64,000 nt of DNA from the NCBI GenBank assembly GCA_043228905.1, contig JBHGNT010000016.1, positions 18,538,001 through 18,602,000 on the forward strand. The letters run 5' to 3'. The notes beneath the pieces were generated by a model. It saw only the letters and a list, made by a program, of their open reading frames with translations. It was not told the origin of the DNA and made no database searches. Position 1 is the first letter of the stretch; each line of letters opens with the position of its first letter. A program made the position numbers and the translations under genes. Below, one piece after another: positions 25,910 through 38,345 of this stretch. This DNA comes from Azolla caroliniana (lineage: Eukaryota > Plantae > Polypodiophyta).

Positions 25910-26316
25910 TGTAAAAGAATACGTGTGCAGAAGCGTATGCGTAAGACACTGAGTACACGGTTCGGAAGTATGACAGTTCGGTAAAACACAAAAATCACAG
26001 AGAAGGAGAGGGAGAAAATGTAACTATATTAAAAAATAATTCTCTATATGTTCTCTATACATACTTGGTGCTCAATGAGCACCTTTTATACAAGCCCTAA
26101 CTATCGGGCTGACACAAGTACTTACAGTACCTGATTGCTCATAAATGAGCATCCTACACTTACCCCCAAAATTATTCCTTACGAGGAATAACATTCTAAC
26201 GGCCTCTCAATTTACATACCGCTACGACCATATTTTGCGTACGGTTTTACACACCCAGTCTACGCACTAGGTTACGCACCCGTTTACGCTCCCAATGTTG
26301 AGCTTGTCTCTCAACA
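25910..26316 (-). mobile_element. Copia-type solo LTR, 407 bp
   Basis: TGTAAAAGAAT...GTTGAGCTTGTCTCTCAACA with exact 5-bp TSD TGATG (25905-25909 and 26317-26321). Confidence 0.9.
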
Positions 26317-28349
26317 TGATGTTCGTAACAATTTCGTCATTCACTAAGCAAAATAATTGCAAGAAGACCGCCATGTATTTGCCTATAGAGATTCTAGAGT
26401 AGTAAGCATCATGATCAGATAGGTTTTGCATTTTAGGTTGACTATGAGCTCATATCTGCAGAGTCCAACTTGACAATTTGTAACCTTCAAAGATAGATAA
26501 GCTACCATTTGTCAAATCGTGTGTGGTGTGTATGGAGCCTTTTCATATTGGGTTTTGAGTTGGTACAAGGTCTTTTGTTTAATATAATGCCAATGCCAAA
26601 TAGTAGATTTTGACGGCGACAATGACTACATAATGGTGTGTGTGGTTGGCTTCATGCACTATGGGCGCCACCCGAACCACATGTTGTACTCACCATGGGT
26701 TGTCACGTAAAAGTTGGAATAGAAAACTAAAGTGGTTCTAATGGATCTTAGACTTCAAGATAACTTTTAAGTCAACTTCCCCTAGTTGTGCGGTGGTGCA
26801 AATTTTTCTCAAACTAGAAAAGGAACTATGGTAGGATCTTATAGGGAAAATGACACCCCATATAAAAGTGGTTATATATACCTCTTGAACATGAACATTT
26901 CAATCAATTTTTTGTCAAAAGGTTGTGCATATCAAAGTTGTGGAACCAATGAGGAGCTTGGTCATCTAAGGAGAGACCAAACTTTGTACATTTTGGTAGG
27001 ACAATGTCCACATGATTCAGGTGTTGTGTCAAGTTGATAACATTTCATATGGGAAGGGATGTGGCCACATGGTATTCGACACTAGTCAATTCACAAGCTT
27101 TGGAAAGTGGAAAAGGTGAGGGGTGATCAAATTTGACCGCTTATATTGCATGACTACTTGTAAGCTATCTAGGTTGATGGAAGAGGCAACACCATCAATG
27201 GGTGAGCCTATCCTAGCGTCACTCGCTTGATTTCATTGGACATTCATACACCACACTTGACTTGTGGAAGGCAATCGACATATAATGGAGTTGCATAAAG
27301 GACCTTTGGGTTGAACCCATTATACATTTGTATTAATGTGCCCAAAGGTTTATTGGTGACATGAGACTTGGCCAAAGTGTCTACATAGCCTTTGTAGTCA
27401 AAACATGCATTTGTTACTAGTCGATTTGTGGAGATATATTTTATTGTAGTCATTGGACATACATTACGTTCTATTGCTCATTACGAGCAACCCGTGCATG
27501 GTCACCAAGTGTTATCGGTAGCCTTGTTTGGACTAACATTGTGAGTTTCAACTATTCACATCAAATTTGGTGTACAAAGATTGGAGAAATCGATCACCAA
27601 TCCACAACTCGAAGTATAGTGCTAAGTCATATACTCAAATACTATTGTATGTTAGTCTCAAGCCAATTTTGTGGCTAAGGTTTTTGTAATCGTTATGTTG
27701 CCTTGAAGGTGGTTATTTGACCCATTTCGTATGAGAATAGCCACTTGTGCATGTGGATTACAATCACATGATGCATATTACAATCCTTGGACAATGTTTG
27801 TAGTGCAACCAAGAAACACCTCGTACTCCTTTGAAGCCACCCTAGATGCAACATGCTTGTGTGTCATTCTTCACCTAATCGTAGTAGCGTGATATTGCAA
27901 TGTCATAGTGGTTAGTGTTTGTTTAATCATGCAACCACTTGATTCTAGAGGCTAGGCATATAATCAATTGATGTGACAACCTAGGAATTGTTCAATGGAT
28001 AGTACATGTTGTTGTCGACTAGAGCATGGACTAAAACTTATTTACCATTTAACAAATTACACATTCGGAGATAAATTACCATTGGTGAGATAACAAAAGA
28101 ATATGTAGTTAGAACTAAATGATGATCTGAGAGGGAACCACAATAAATTGTACCTAAAGGGCACACCATCGTATCATGAAAAGTTAGGATAATCATGAAG
28201 TTTTCTAATACAAAGTTTTTCTCCTCTTAATCATGTATGCTGTATAATTTCCACTTGTCTCTATAGTCTAGTTTCATATAAACTTCTAGATTAAGTAATG
28301 TAACTCATCCTTCTAACATAGGTAGTGTCAAACTATGGTTGTTTAGGAG

Positions 28350-29100
28350 GTTTTTACCTTAAATCTAAGTTTTAGTGGGGTGCAAGAGCTACATAAAAAG
28401 AGTTAATGAGTAAGAGGGTCTAGCGAGGTTTTTATGGTAGAATGTCACTAGGAGTGCCTCATTCTCCTATTGTATAATGGGAATTCAGTTGCATCACAAA
28501 CTCTCTAGCACAAAATGATTGATCTATTTTAGGTGGATGTGAAAGCCTTTTGGAAGGAATGACAACATATGTGGTGGAACTTCATTTGCTTTGAGCAAAT
28601 TGCAAAGCTTGCATCCAACAAGCAAATAAGGTCTACTTCCAAGATATAGAAATAATAACCAAGACGAGGGTCAATATATTGAACACACACACACCACAAA
28701 TTGGTCATGTGGATATGACTAGTGACGTTTGTTTTCTTGTATTTGAAGGGGGAACAAGACATCATTGACCACATGGACACCGTTCCCACTCTATCCTAGA
28801 ACATTGAATAAACTATTGCTCCCATTTCACACATGGAAGACAAAGTCACTATTTCTACCCCAAAGTTGCTAACTTGGTCCCAAACCATCAGATCATAAAA
28901 TCCTTGCGAAATCCTAATGAAGTAGTAGAAGATGAAGGAATCATGGTGACCAATGTCATCTCACCCCCAACTATATGGTCTCACACACCACCTCCATATT
29001 CCCCTCTATTCAAACCTAGTTCCTCCTTCCTAAGTTGGGTTCATTTGCAAAATCTACTACCCCATGAGCATGCTATGATGTTGGCAATCCAACATGTATG
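28350..29100 (-). mobile_element. Highly degenerate LTR-retrotransposon (gypsy-like) integrase-region fragment
   Basis: Minus strand near 28540-28600 resembles the CxxCQK part of an integrase zinc-binding domain. Heavily decayed. Confidence 0.35.
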
Positions 29101-29376
29101 AAACTACTGCAAACCCACGTTGTAAAATATTCGATAAAACAAGCATGATTAATTAAATCATAGGGCTCGTTTTCTATTATATGGATCATCAATAGACATG
29201 TGGTCCAATGAATAAATCTTTAGAGTTGAACAAATACATCAATTCCTCAGTTGGGACGTTAAAACAATTAATCTCTTGTTCTTTAGTTTGAATAGACTTA
29301 TGGGGCTTAACATTTCTGATTTACAATATTGAGATAGGCCAAATATATACAATGATCATGGTCATATTATAATTTG

Positions 29377-30735
29377 TGGAGAACTGTCCCTTACTGCATA
29401 GCAATGACTAATGACCAATGTACTTGTAATGTGAATGAAGCCTTTTAGGGTTTCTAACTTGTATAAACGGACAAGAGCTCTCATTTGAAAAATACTTTTG
29501 GGCGCAATAACTTTGGGGCTATCTTTTGGTCCTCATTCTCTCCCCTTTGCATATTTACCAAGAGCCATGTTCCGACATGTAGGTTTTCCACGATAAATTA
29601 ATCGAGATATATGTGTTTTCTTTACTTTTAACTTATCTCTTAAAAAATTTTAATCATCTATTTATATGTGTTTTCTTATTGTTAAGTATCTGGTACTCGA
29701 GACATGTTCTGACATTGTTAAGTATCAGGTACTTTTGGGGCTATCTTTTGGTCCTCATTCTATCCCCTTCGCATATTTACCAAGAGCCATGTTCCAACAT
29801 GTAGCTTTTCCACGATAAATTAATCGAGATATATGTGTTTTCTTTACTTTTAACTTATCTATTTAATTTTTTTAATCATCTATTTATATGCGTTTTCTTA
29901 TTGTTAAGTATTTGGTACTCGAGACATGTTCCGACATTGTTAAGTATCTGGTACTTTTGGACACAATAAGTTTGGGGATACCTTTTGGTCCTCATTCTCT
30001 CCCCTTTGCATATTTACCGAGAGCCATGTTCCGACATGTAGCTTTTCCACGACAATTAATCGAGATATATGTGTTTTCTTTACTTTTAACTTATCTATTT
30101 AATTTTTTTAATCATCTATTTATATGTGTTTTCTTATTGTTAATTATCTAGTACTCAAGACACTGGTTGTGGAGACAAAGGCACCAACAAAGAGACTTAG
30201 AGCACAATGAAGGTATAGGAAAAGGGGGATAGAGTAAACCCCAACAGGAGGTGTTATAGCCAATGGGCAACCTAGTGTGAAAGGAACCACCAATCTTGTA
30301 AAAAGCGATAAAAGCCAACTTTTGGTAACTTTTGTAGCGCTTTTCCAATCTTGGGTTTCTCCTTTATTTTAGTACATTTAGAGCTTCCACTCTATCCCCT
30401 TAATCTTCTATTAGAGCTAAGAGTGATTAGGGTTAAAAACTAGTTAAACCAAATCTTGATCCCTCCACTCTTGTATGGTGTTAAACCTCTTTGATAATAA
30501 GAATTTGTGTATATTTACCTCTTGTCTTCCTTTATATATGCATCTATTTCTATTTATAAGAGAGAGCAAAGCGAGTAAGTGTAAGCGCTAATCACTAAGG
30601 TTAGTTAAGCTAATAGCCCAAGAGTGCTTGACAACCACTCTTGCTTGGTTTTCTACCAATAGGGTATACACCAGTCCGGATCCTAGGCACAATGATATTG
30701 ACGGGAGGCATAACTCCATTGATTGATAAACGTGT
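29377..30735 (+). mobile_element. LTR-like remnant containing a ~230-bp tandem triplication (29493-30160)
   Basis: Its 3' half resembles solo LTR 35558-36145 (GACAAC.AC...AGGGTATAC.CC.GT.CG.ATCC...ACTCCAT.GAT). Three copies of TTTTGGTCCTCATTCT.TCCCC...GAGCCATGTTCC.ACATGTAG. Confidence 0.6.
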
Positions 30736-31239
30736 TCCGGTGCAAGTATACAGAAGCCACACATTTATTCAGTAATTATATATTTAATTATGATAAATGT
30801 ATTTCTTAATTGGTGTAATCATTAGGTGTTTGTTAATTTTACTTGAATTTATGAAGTCACCGAGTTTTCCATGGTTGCATGGAGTGGAGAGGTACACGCT
30901 TCCCCTTGATTAACCAGGATGCAGAAGGTGACCCCTCAAGACTCGGTAGTGACCCATGGAAGTACAATACTCCCAAGTATGTGATGTGTTGGATCCTCCA
31001 AGAAAACTCGATTTAAGTGGTACAATACTAAGAGTGTGCAAATGTTGATCAAATATTAGTTGACACTCTATGTAGTGGAATATAATTTCATTCCTCATGA
31101 ACTCTTTGTCAAATTGATTGTTCCATATGAATCTCTATAAATTGTTCATCTCTCATATTGTGGTATCAATTCTTACTTCCACTCATATCTTGTTTTATTA
31201 CAAATCAAATAGTTATAATAAGCAATAAAGATTAATATT

Positions 31240-33600
31240 AAGATTAAGAAAGTAATGATTCAAGGGTGCTTAACCACATCGATTGTTCATGATTTGATGA
31301 CAAGAGACAAACACAAAACATAATTGACATCGTACCATGGAATATTACCTCATGATACCCCTTGGAAGTTGAGATGAATGGATCTGAAAATAGAGAGCTT
31401 TGCCTCAACTATAGAGTCTCAACAACATCTCAACATGATGTAATGGAGTAATTGGTTCCTTTACATAGCCCAACTCCTTATGCTACTATACTGCCACTTT
31501 TTCCCAATGGCACAAGTCCACATCCAAGGTGATTTGTTTTTTTGGTCTCACAAGTCAAAATTGGCCTCCTCATAGATGATAAAATATATATTCTAAAACC
31601 ATGGACATCAACTTTAAGGCTAGTCTCTAATGTTATGCCTATAATCTTACAATAATAAATCATTACAATCTTACAATAATAAATCAAAATTAGGGAAACA
31701 ATATTTAAGATTGTGCTTCTTTACCCAAGTTGGTTCAAGTCAATTTGATCCAACCATTAATTTTTTTATTTTCTTAGATTTGTTTAGATCTCAAATGTTT
31801 GGAGCATCAAGTTTTTTTCTATTATATTAAAGGAGACTTAAACGCTAATTATTCTTGAATTACTAGAACCAAGAAGTTCTTTCAAGTGATTAACATGAAA
31901 TATAGGATTAACATGCACATTATCGAAAAGATTGAGAGAATATGCAAATGAACCAATATGTGATAGGATTGTGAAAGGTCCATAAAAGTATGGGGTTAAT
32001 TTAACAAAATCAACCATGCATAAAAATTTGGAACTTGGAGGTATATAGAAGAGGACTTTTTTATGAGGAGTAAAAACATGACGATACCTATTAAGATGGC
32101 GCAAAAAAGTGCTCTATCTTGAGCAATCTTAATGTATCTAATGTAATATGCAACATTTCTTGCATATTCCTTAGAAAATTGTGTGGACTTTCTTATTCAT
32201 ATTGATTAAACTTAACATTGGTAGGGCATTGTTGTTTGGACTTTGAAAACCATATATCGATATAAAAGGGCAATATCTAGTAGAAATTTGTTTAAAGATG
32301 TTACATATTATTCCTATTTTATAGTTTTTTTTCGCCACCTAGGCTCTTAGCATATCCTCAATAAATTTGATTGAGTTGTTTAGTTTGACATTCAAGCAAA
32401 GGATTTTTTGAGGATCTCACATTCAACATAGTTTATAGCTTTTTAAAAATATTATCACAAAAATTCTAGTTAAATTAGATTCTTTATCACTAATGATATC
32501 CATTACTCATATATCTTTATGACGAACAAGATCATGTTGATTGCAAAAGAATTTTAAATATTGATGGTTTATTGTGACCACAAAACCATTTTCATATAAA
32601 CAATGTCTCCAAGTTTTGTGCATGAATCTTAGGTACTTGTAGTATGTAGCACTATGAACAAGATATTGACATTGGAATTTGGTACCAAGGATGAAAACAT
32701 CGACCAAGAGAGGAGAACACAAAAGAGATAGTTATAAAACTAATGCCTTATGGCCACCCTAGCATAAAATGGGCCAATACTTTTGTAAACTACACACGTC
32801 ACTTTTAGACATTTTTCAGTTCTTCTTGAACGTCTTCTTCACACTAGGTTTAGGGTTCTCTCTTTCACTCTCATAATTTATGTAAGATTAGTGTGAAGTG
32901 CTCTTTTGAATCTAACCACTAATCTCATTGTCTGTGTATGTAGTCTACCTTAATTAATCACAATGTGGTTTCTTATTTGTGTATGTTTTATTGTATCATT
33001 AATCAATAGGTTCAAAATTTAAACCCTATTGAGACAATAGTTAACTTCTTAGTCTTGAATTTGGATACCTATTTAAGAGAGGAAGGAAAGAGTCTCCTAA
33101 ACATAGATATAGAAGTGGTAGTATCTTGAGAATGTTTGACCAATTCTAAAGAGTCATTTCTATAACTATTAAGCATTTATCGGAGCTGAATTTGACCTTG
33201 GTCACAATCCATCTCTTTGATTCCAGTTTGGGATGCTAAAAATGGCACAAACACATACATATTCTAAAGCAGAAACAAAATTAATTGATTGTAATTTTAG
33301 TAAATTTGACTTCCTTGGTTCATACCATTTTTGGAATCCTAGAAAATTGATGTATAAATCTTGCTTGACTCACCATCAAGAGGATACACGATAATTTTGA
33401 TGAGGAGATAAAATTTTGATTGAAACAATGACTTAATGGAAGGACCCTGCGTTGGCACATCTTTTAATATCATTGTTAGGGACTTAGGGTTTCCACTTGA
33501 AGCTATGGTAACAGATTTTGTAAGCTCCCGAGACAAACCTCATGTACTAGGGGTAATAAACAAGGGAAAAAGGTAACATAGCCATGCATATGTATACCCA
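31240..33600 (-). mobile_element. Degenerate Ty3/gypsy pol remnant (RNase H, integrase GPY/F module)
   Basis: KTWRHCLYENGFVVTINHQYLKFF (RNase H, 32507-32722). KLTPYFYGPFTILSHIGSFAYSLNL...NPIFHVNHLKE (31838-32104). Confidence 0.75.
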
Positions 33601-34834
33601 AATCCTATACATTAGCGTGGATTTTGTAAGAGCACATAAGCGCTCCATCTATAGGGGGCATTTTGTAATCCTACATTGTAGGACCTAGGCTTAAGGAGAT
33701 GTGTATTCCCACACTAACCCGAACCTCATTGTAGATATTTCAACATTGATATTGGAGAGTTGAGTATATGGGGAGGCTAAGGAAGAGACTTGGTATGTAG
33801 GAATAGGTAAAAGAGAGACCGAGTATGTAAAGACTTGGGAAGCATGCGAGAATTAGCTCCATGTGGATAAAGAGTTGATCTTCCTTGTTGAAATCAAGGA
33901 GATTGATTCCACTGAAGAATTACAATATGAACTTTTTCATAATCTTATCCCTCTCGTTTTAGCTCCTTATTCTCATTTTATAATCTTGTTCTTGCCTCTT
34001 TTGTATGTATCCGTGACAATTTGATCTCCTTCCTCTAAATTGTCTTCTTCTCTTCTCGTCGTCATTATTTCAATATCACATGATAATTTAACCAAATTTT
34101 CTCTACTCTTCATTAACTACAATTAGAGAACAACACCTTATAAGAATCTCTTCAAAACCACTAGTCAACCACTCCTAGTGTACACCCTCCTGTGAAAGTA
34201 TTTTTGGAATTCAAGCTATTGAACACTACAAGAATATAAGGTATGGGGCATTCACATCCGAAGGGCAAGAACACGAACCAAGGTCTTGAGGATAAGCCAA
34301 ACTAAAAGCAAGACACATGGAGAAAAGTAAAAGAAGAAAAAAGCAGGCCACCCAAACACAATCTGAAACAAACGCTCATAACTCATTAGTTTGGAAGCCA
34401 AATATCATGTTCAAATATAGGTTGGAAAGCTTGCAAAGAGAGATATCCGTAGCTTTTTAAATCTCTAGATTTGGAGGTGGGATAAGGGAGTTATGACAAT
34501 TAGAAGATCTGTTGTGTCATAGCTAAGAATAGGAGATGGAAAACTTCTAAAAAAAACGTAAAAAAGAATGCAAGGGAAAGTTATGTAGTAGAGGAGACCT
34601 TGATATAAAGCAAGAAGAGTAAGGTGGTGGAAAAAGAGGCTATTTCATGTGGTGTTTTCTTGCCCGTTTATGTAGTGTGGTTTAGTTGTTATCAATATAT
34701 CTTTGTATATTTGGATTTATGTATCTTCTTTCTCTCTTCCTTCTATCATGATCATTCATTATCAATATATCTTTGTTGTTGTGGATCTATATATCTTCTT
34801 TCTATCATCACTCTTTCACCTCCCAATTACCATA

Positions 34835-36650
34835 TACAAGAGCCCAAGGTTAGTTTGTTAGAAAAACTCGATGGAACATGAGCACGACTTCAAGGTCGAA
34901 CCAACCAAGTTTGGCTTGTTATCAACCTCCAAACCATGATGCTATTTTGAGGAATTTCAAAAGATCGAACTCACTGGGTACATTGTTAACAAGCCAAGCT
35001 CAAGCATACTTTGCTCCGCCTGTGGAAACCACTTCATCCCTTTTGAACGACTTCCAAGGATTCTACGTTGAGCTTGAAGCCTTTTGAGGAAAGTGACAAC
35101 TCACAATCGACAAGTTGCACTCAATAGGTTGTATTCTATCCAACAACGGACTCGTGCAACATCCACTTAGGCATCGAGTTTCGCAAGCTCGTTGATGATG
35201 TTGAATGGGATGACCGAGCCCTTTGCCACCTATTCTACCAAGGGCTATAGAGTGATATCAAACAACTCCTTCTAAATTTTTGAGAACCAAAATCTCTAAG
35301 TGAAGTGATCACTCAAATGGTTCGTTACGACAATAGGTTATACGAATTCAGCCAAGAGGAGCATGTTGGTTGGCCACATCAATATGGATCGTCAACCCTC
35401 TGAAGTCATCTCCTAAGGTTAGATGCTTTGTATTTGTCCTCTTATTCTTCTTTTCCCACTAATTCTAATGTTCCAATGGAGATTGATCGGGTCTGGTTCT
35501 AGCCACTAATCAATGCACAACGATATAATCATTTATACCTCTATTGTGGTGCACATGTGTTAAGCCCTTGGATAGCACCACGACCAATCGTGAAGAAGAG
35601 CGCATCAACAAGGACATAGTATGGCCAAAAGACCTACGAAGAGGGAATGACAAGAGGAAAGAGGGCTAAAGGACATCGGAGTGTGAAAGGTCCATAACCT
35701 AAATGTAAATACTATATAAACCACATGGTGGTGGCCTTTGTAAGGGTTCTCCCATGGGTAAAGATCTCCTATTGATTAGAGCTAGAGCTTCCTCTCCTCC
35801 TTCTTGTAACCTTTGAGCTTAAGAGAGATTAGTGAGGTGTTTAGTTAGAGAACACTAATCTCTCTCCTTGTTGGTGCTAGACCTCTTAGTAAAGAAGGTT
35901 AATAAACATACTCGTCCTTCTTATTGTCTATATCTATTAACCTATTGTCTATGAGAGAGAGCTTGAGAGAGTGAGAGAGTGAGAGAGATATCGTGCTTAA
36001 TCATTTACTAATCATTAAGTGAGTGTGAGGCTCGGAGGTATCTGACAACTACCTTTGCCCGATTCGCCATCAAAAGGGTATACGCCGGTTCGAATCCCGC
36101 AACGACATCGAGGAGCTTACTCCATCGATATATAGATCCTTCACAACATGGTCACTTGGTTTGCCCTTCTCTAGGAAAAGGGATTCAACAAACATCCCAC
36201 CATGCCAAAATGGTGAATACCTCTTACCTTGGGCAAAATGACAATGTTCAATTGCAATTTAAAATGACAATTTCATCACAATCTTGATCAAACAACCTCT
36301 TACACGAGAAGCTTCAGAATTCCAATTGTTCGATGATGGCCCTACTCGATTCAAGAGCAACCTTTCTGTTTTACGGATTCCATGTTTGTTCAAACTTTAC
36401 TCATTCCTATTGTGCAAAGGATGACTCCCATTCTAGTCAAAGCGATCGATGGTTGATTACTTGCCTCCAGTGGCATCATGGAGGCAACAACTACTTTGTT
36501 ACTCCACATTCGGTCTCACCATGAAGAGATTAATTTTAATCTGATTGTTTCTTCTCGACAATATGTTGTTTTAGGGTTGCCATGGCTTGAAACCCACAAT
36601 CCAATTGTGGATTGGCAAACATGGGTCATCGACTTTGACCTAACCCATCA
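34835..36650 (+). mobile_element. Degenerate Ty3/gypsy gag-protease, interrupted by a solo LTR
   Basis: EPKVSLLEKLDGT, LGTLLTSQAQAYFAP..ETTSSLLNDF, PMEIDR, a zinc knuckle LYCGAH|GHLVCP split by the LTR, protease ALLDSRAT and VLGLPWLETHNPIVDW. Confidence 0.8.
35558..36145 (+). mobile_element. Solo LTR, 588 bp, inserted in the gypsy gag zinc knuckle
   Basis: TGTTAAG...CTTCACA termini with exact 5-bp TSD ACATG (35553-35557 and 36146-36150). Confidence 0.9.
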
Positions 36651-37403
36651 CTACTAGGGGGTTGTTTCCTCATTCCTTTTGGGCTAACGTTGTCATGAAG
36701 TTACGCATGTGTGAAAATGGAGCAGGTTCATCTAGGATTAGAATTAGAGAGAATGGAGTGGTGAGCAATGTTCGAGGATGCTAAATTTCTTAAAGAATTT
36801 TAGTGCAGTGTAAGTTTGAGCACACGCTAGTCCTATGTGTGCAAATATTTCTTTTATAACTTGAGTTCAGTGTGTGTATTTATGTGAAGCCGAGTTTGGT
36901 ATATATAAGTATTTGTCGATGACTAAGATTGATATTTAATTAATATTTTTATTTTTAGGTTATTTATGGTAAAACCATTATTATTATCTTATTTATATAT
37001 TTTTTATTTGTTTATTTAATTACTTAATTTTCTATCATGATTAATTAATTAATTAATCTACTTAATTTATATTCAGTATAATATTATTGTTGTTGGTATT
37101 ATATATATATATATATATATAATTATAATATCAAAGGGAGTTGGGTGACATCAACTCACATCACACGTGGTGATAGGCGTCGATTGCAACAACCAAAAAT
37201 TTGGTGACAACGACCGGTGGCCGATAGAGAGTGGCAGGGGCAGGCGAATGTTCAAGTCTTGGAATTGAACATAGGTTGGACTTGAACATTGAGCGTTCGA
37301 GTCCTACGAATAATATTATTGTTAATGTCTAATAATTATTTATTTTTTGTAAAGAAATGGGTGTGATACTGTGCAGCGGAAGTGATTTGTGTGTGTGTGT
37401 GTG

Positions 37404-37480
<77 letters not shown>

Positions 37481-37486
<6 letters not shown>

Positions 37487-37919
37487 ATTATCGTCTTTGG
37501 AGGTCAAATATGACCTATGAGACCATAAATATTACATATCATGTGATATGTATGAAAGTGAGTAGTGACTCTCGATGTTCAAGAACTTTACCAATGAATG
37601 TTGCAATCGAGAGTGCACATTGTGGTTGTGAGAGAAATTCGTGCAAGATTGGGCTCGGTCGAAGAGATGTGGAAAGCCTGGTCGAATATGATCAAAGGCA
37701 AAACATTGTATTAAAGTGTGATACTCAGACTCACGAGCTTGTTTAGGGCAAAGTGTGCATAACCGACCACTCTCATCACTTGTGCCCCAACACTATGTCT
37801 CACATCGCAATGCATATGAACTAAGTCGCATGGAAGCAATGGTTTGAATGGTAGATAATGGGATGGGCTTTAACACGTATCAATGTGTACGGTTTCCCCG
37901 TTCCTCAAAGAATATGGTT
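37481..37919 (+). mobile_element. Full-length copy of the microsatellite-associated repeat element, inserted after a long (GA)n run inside the copia LTR
   Basis: Homologous to 10885-11300 (reverse) and 396-439. Directly follows (GA)n at 37407-37482. Confidence 0.8.
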
Positions 37920-38164
37920 TTGTAATTAGGTGCAACATGTGTAGTATAATGTGAGAGGAGAAAAAGGGAGAGATCATAGGTATAACACAGATGGTAAGGT
38001 TGTTGAATGGAGACCAGGTGGTCATGGGTTCAACCCCTACATTCCACAATGGTATCTAGTGAATTAAGATATATGTTTGATAGAGAGGTGAGAAAATTGG
38101 GTTTTGAACCCAAGACGTAGTGCTTGTAGTGTTAATAACTTACCACTAAGGTAAGTTAATCACA

Positions 38165-38345
38165 ATAAATAAAAGATCACAAGTATAAAAAAAACTTAGA
38201 AAGACTCTTGTATTAACAAGAAGAACAACACCCAACCAACCGTTACAAAGAAGAAATAAATAAAAGATCACAAGTATACAAAAAACTTAAAAAGACTCTT
38301 GTATTAACAAGAACAACAACACCCAACCAACCGTTACAAAGAAGA
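38165..38345. repeat. ~92-bp tandem duplication within the copia LTR
   Basis: AAATAAAAGATCACAAGTATA...CCAACCAACCGTTACAAAGAAG occurs twice. Confidence 0.9.
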
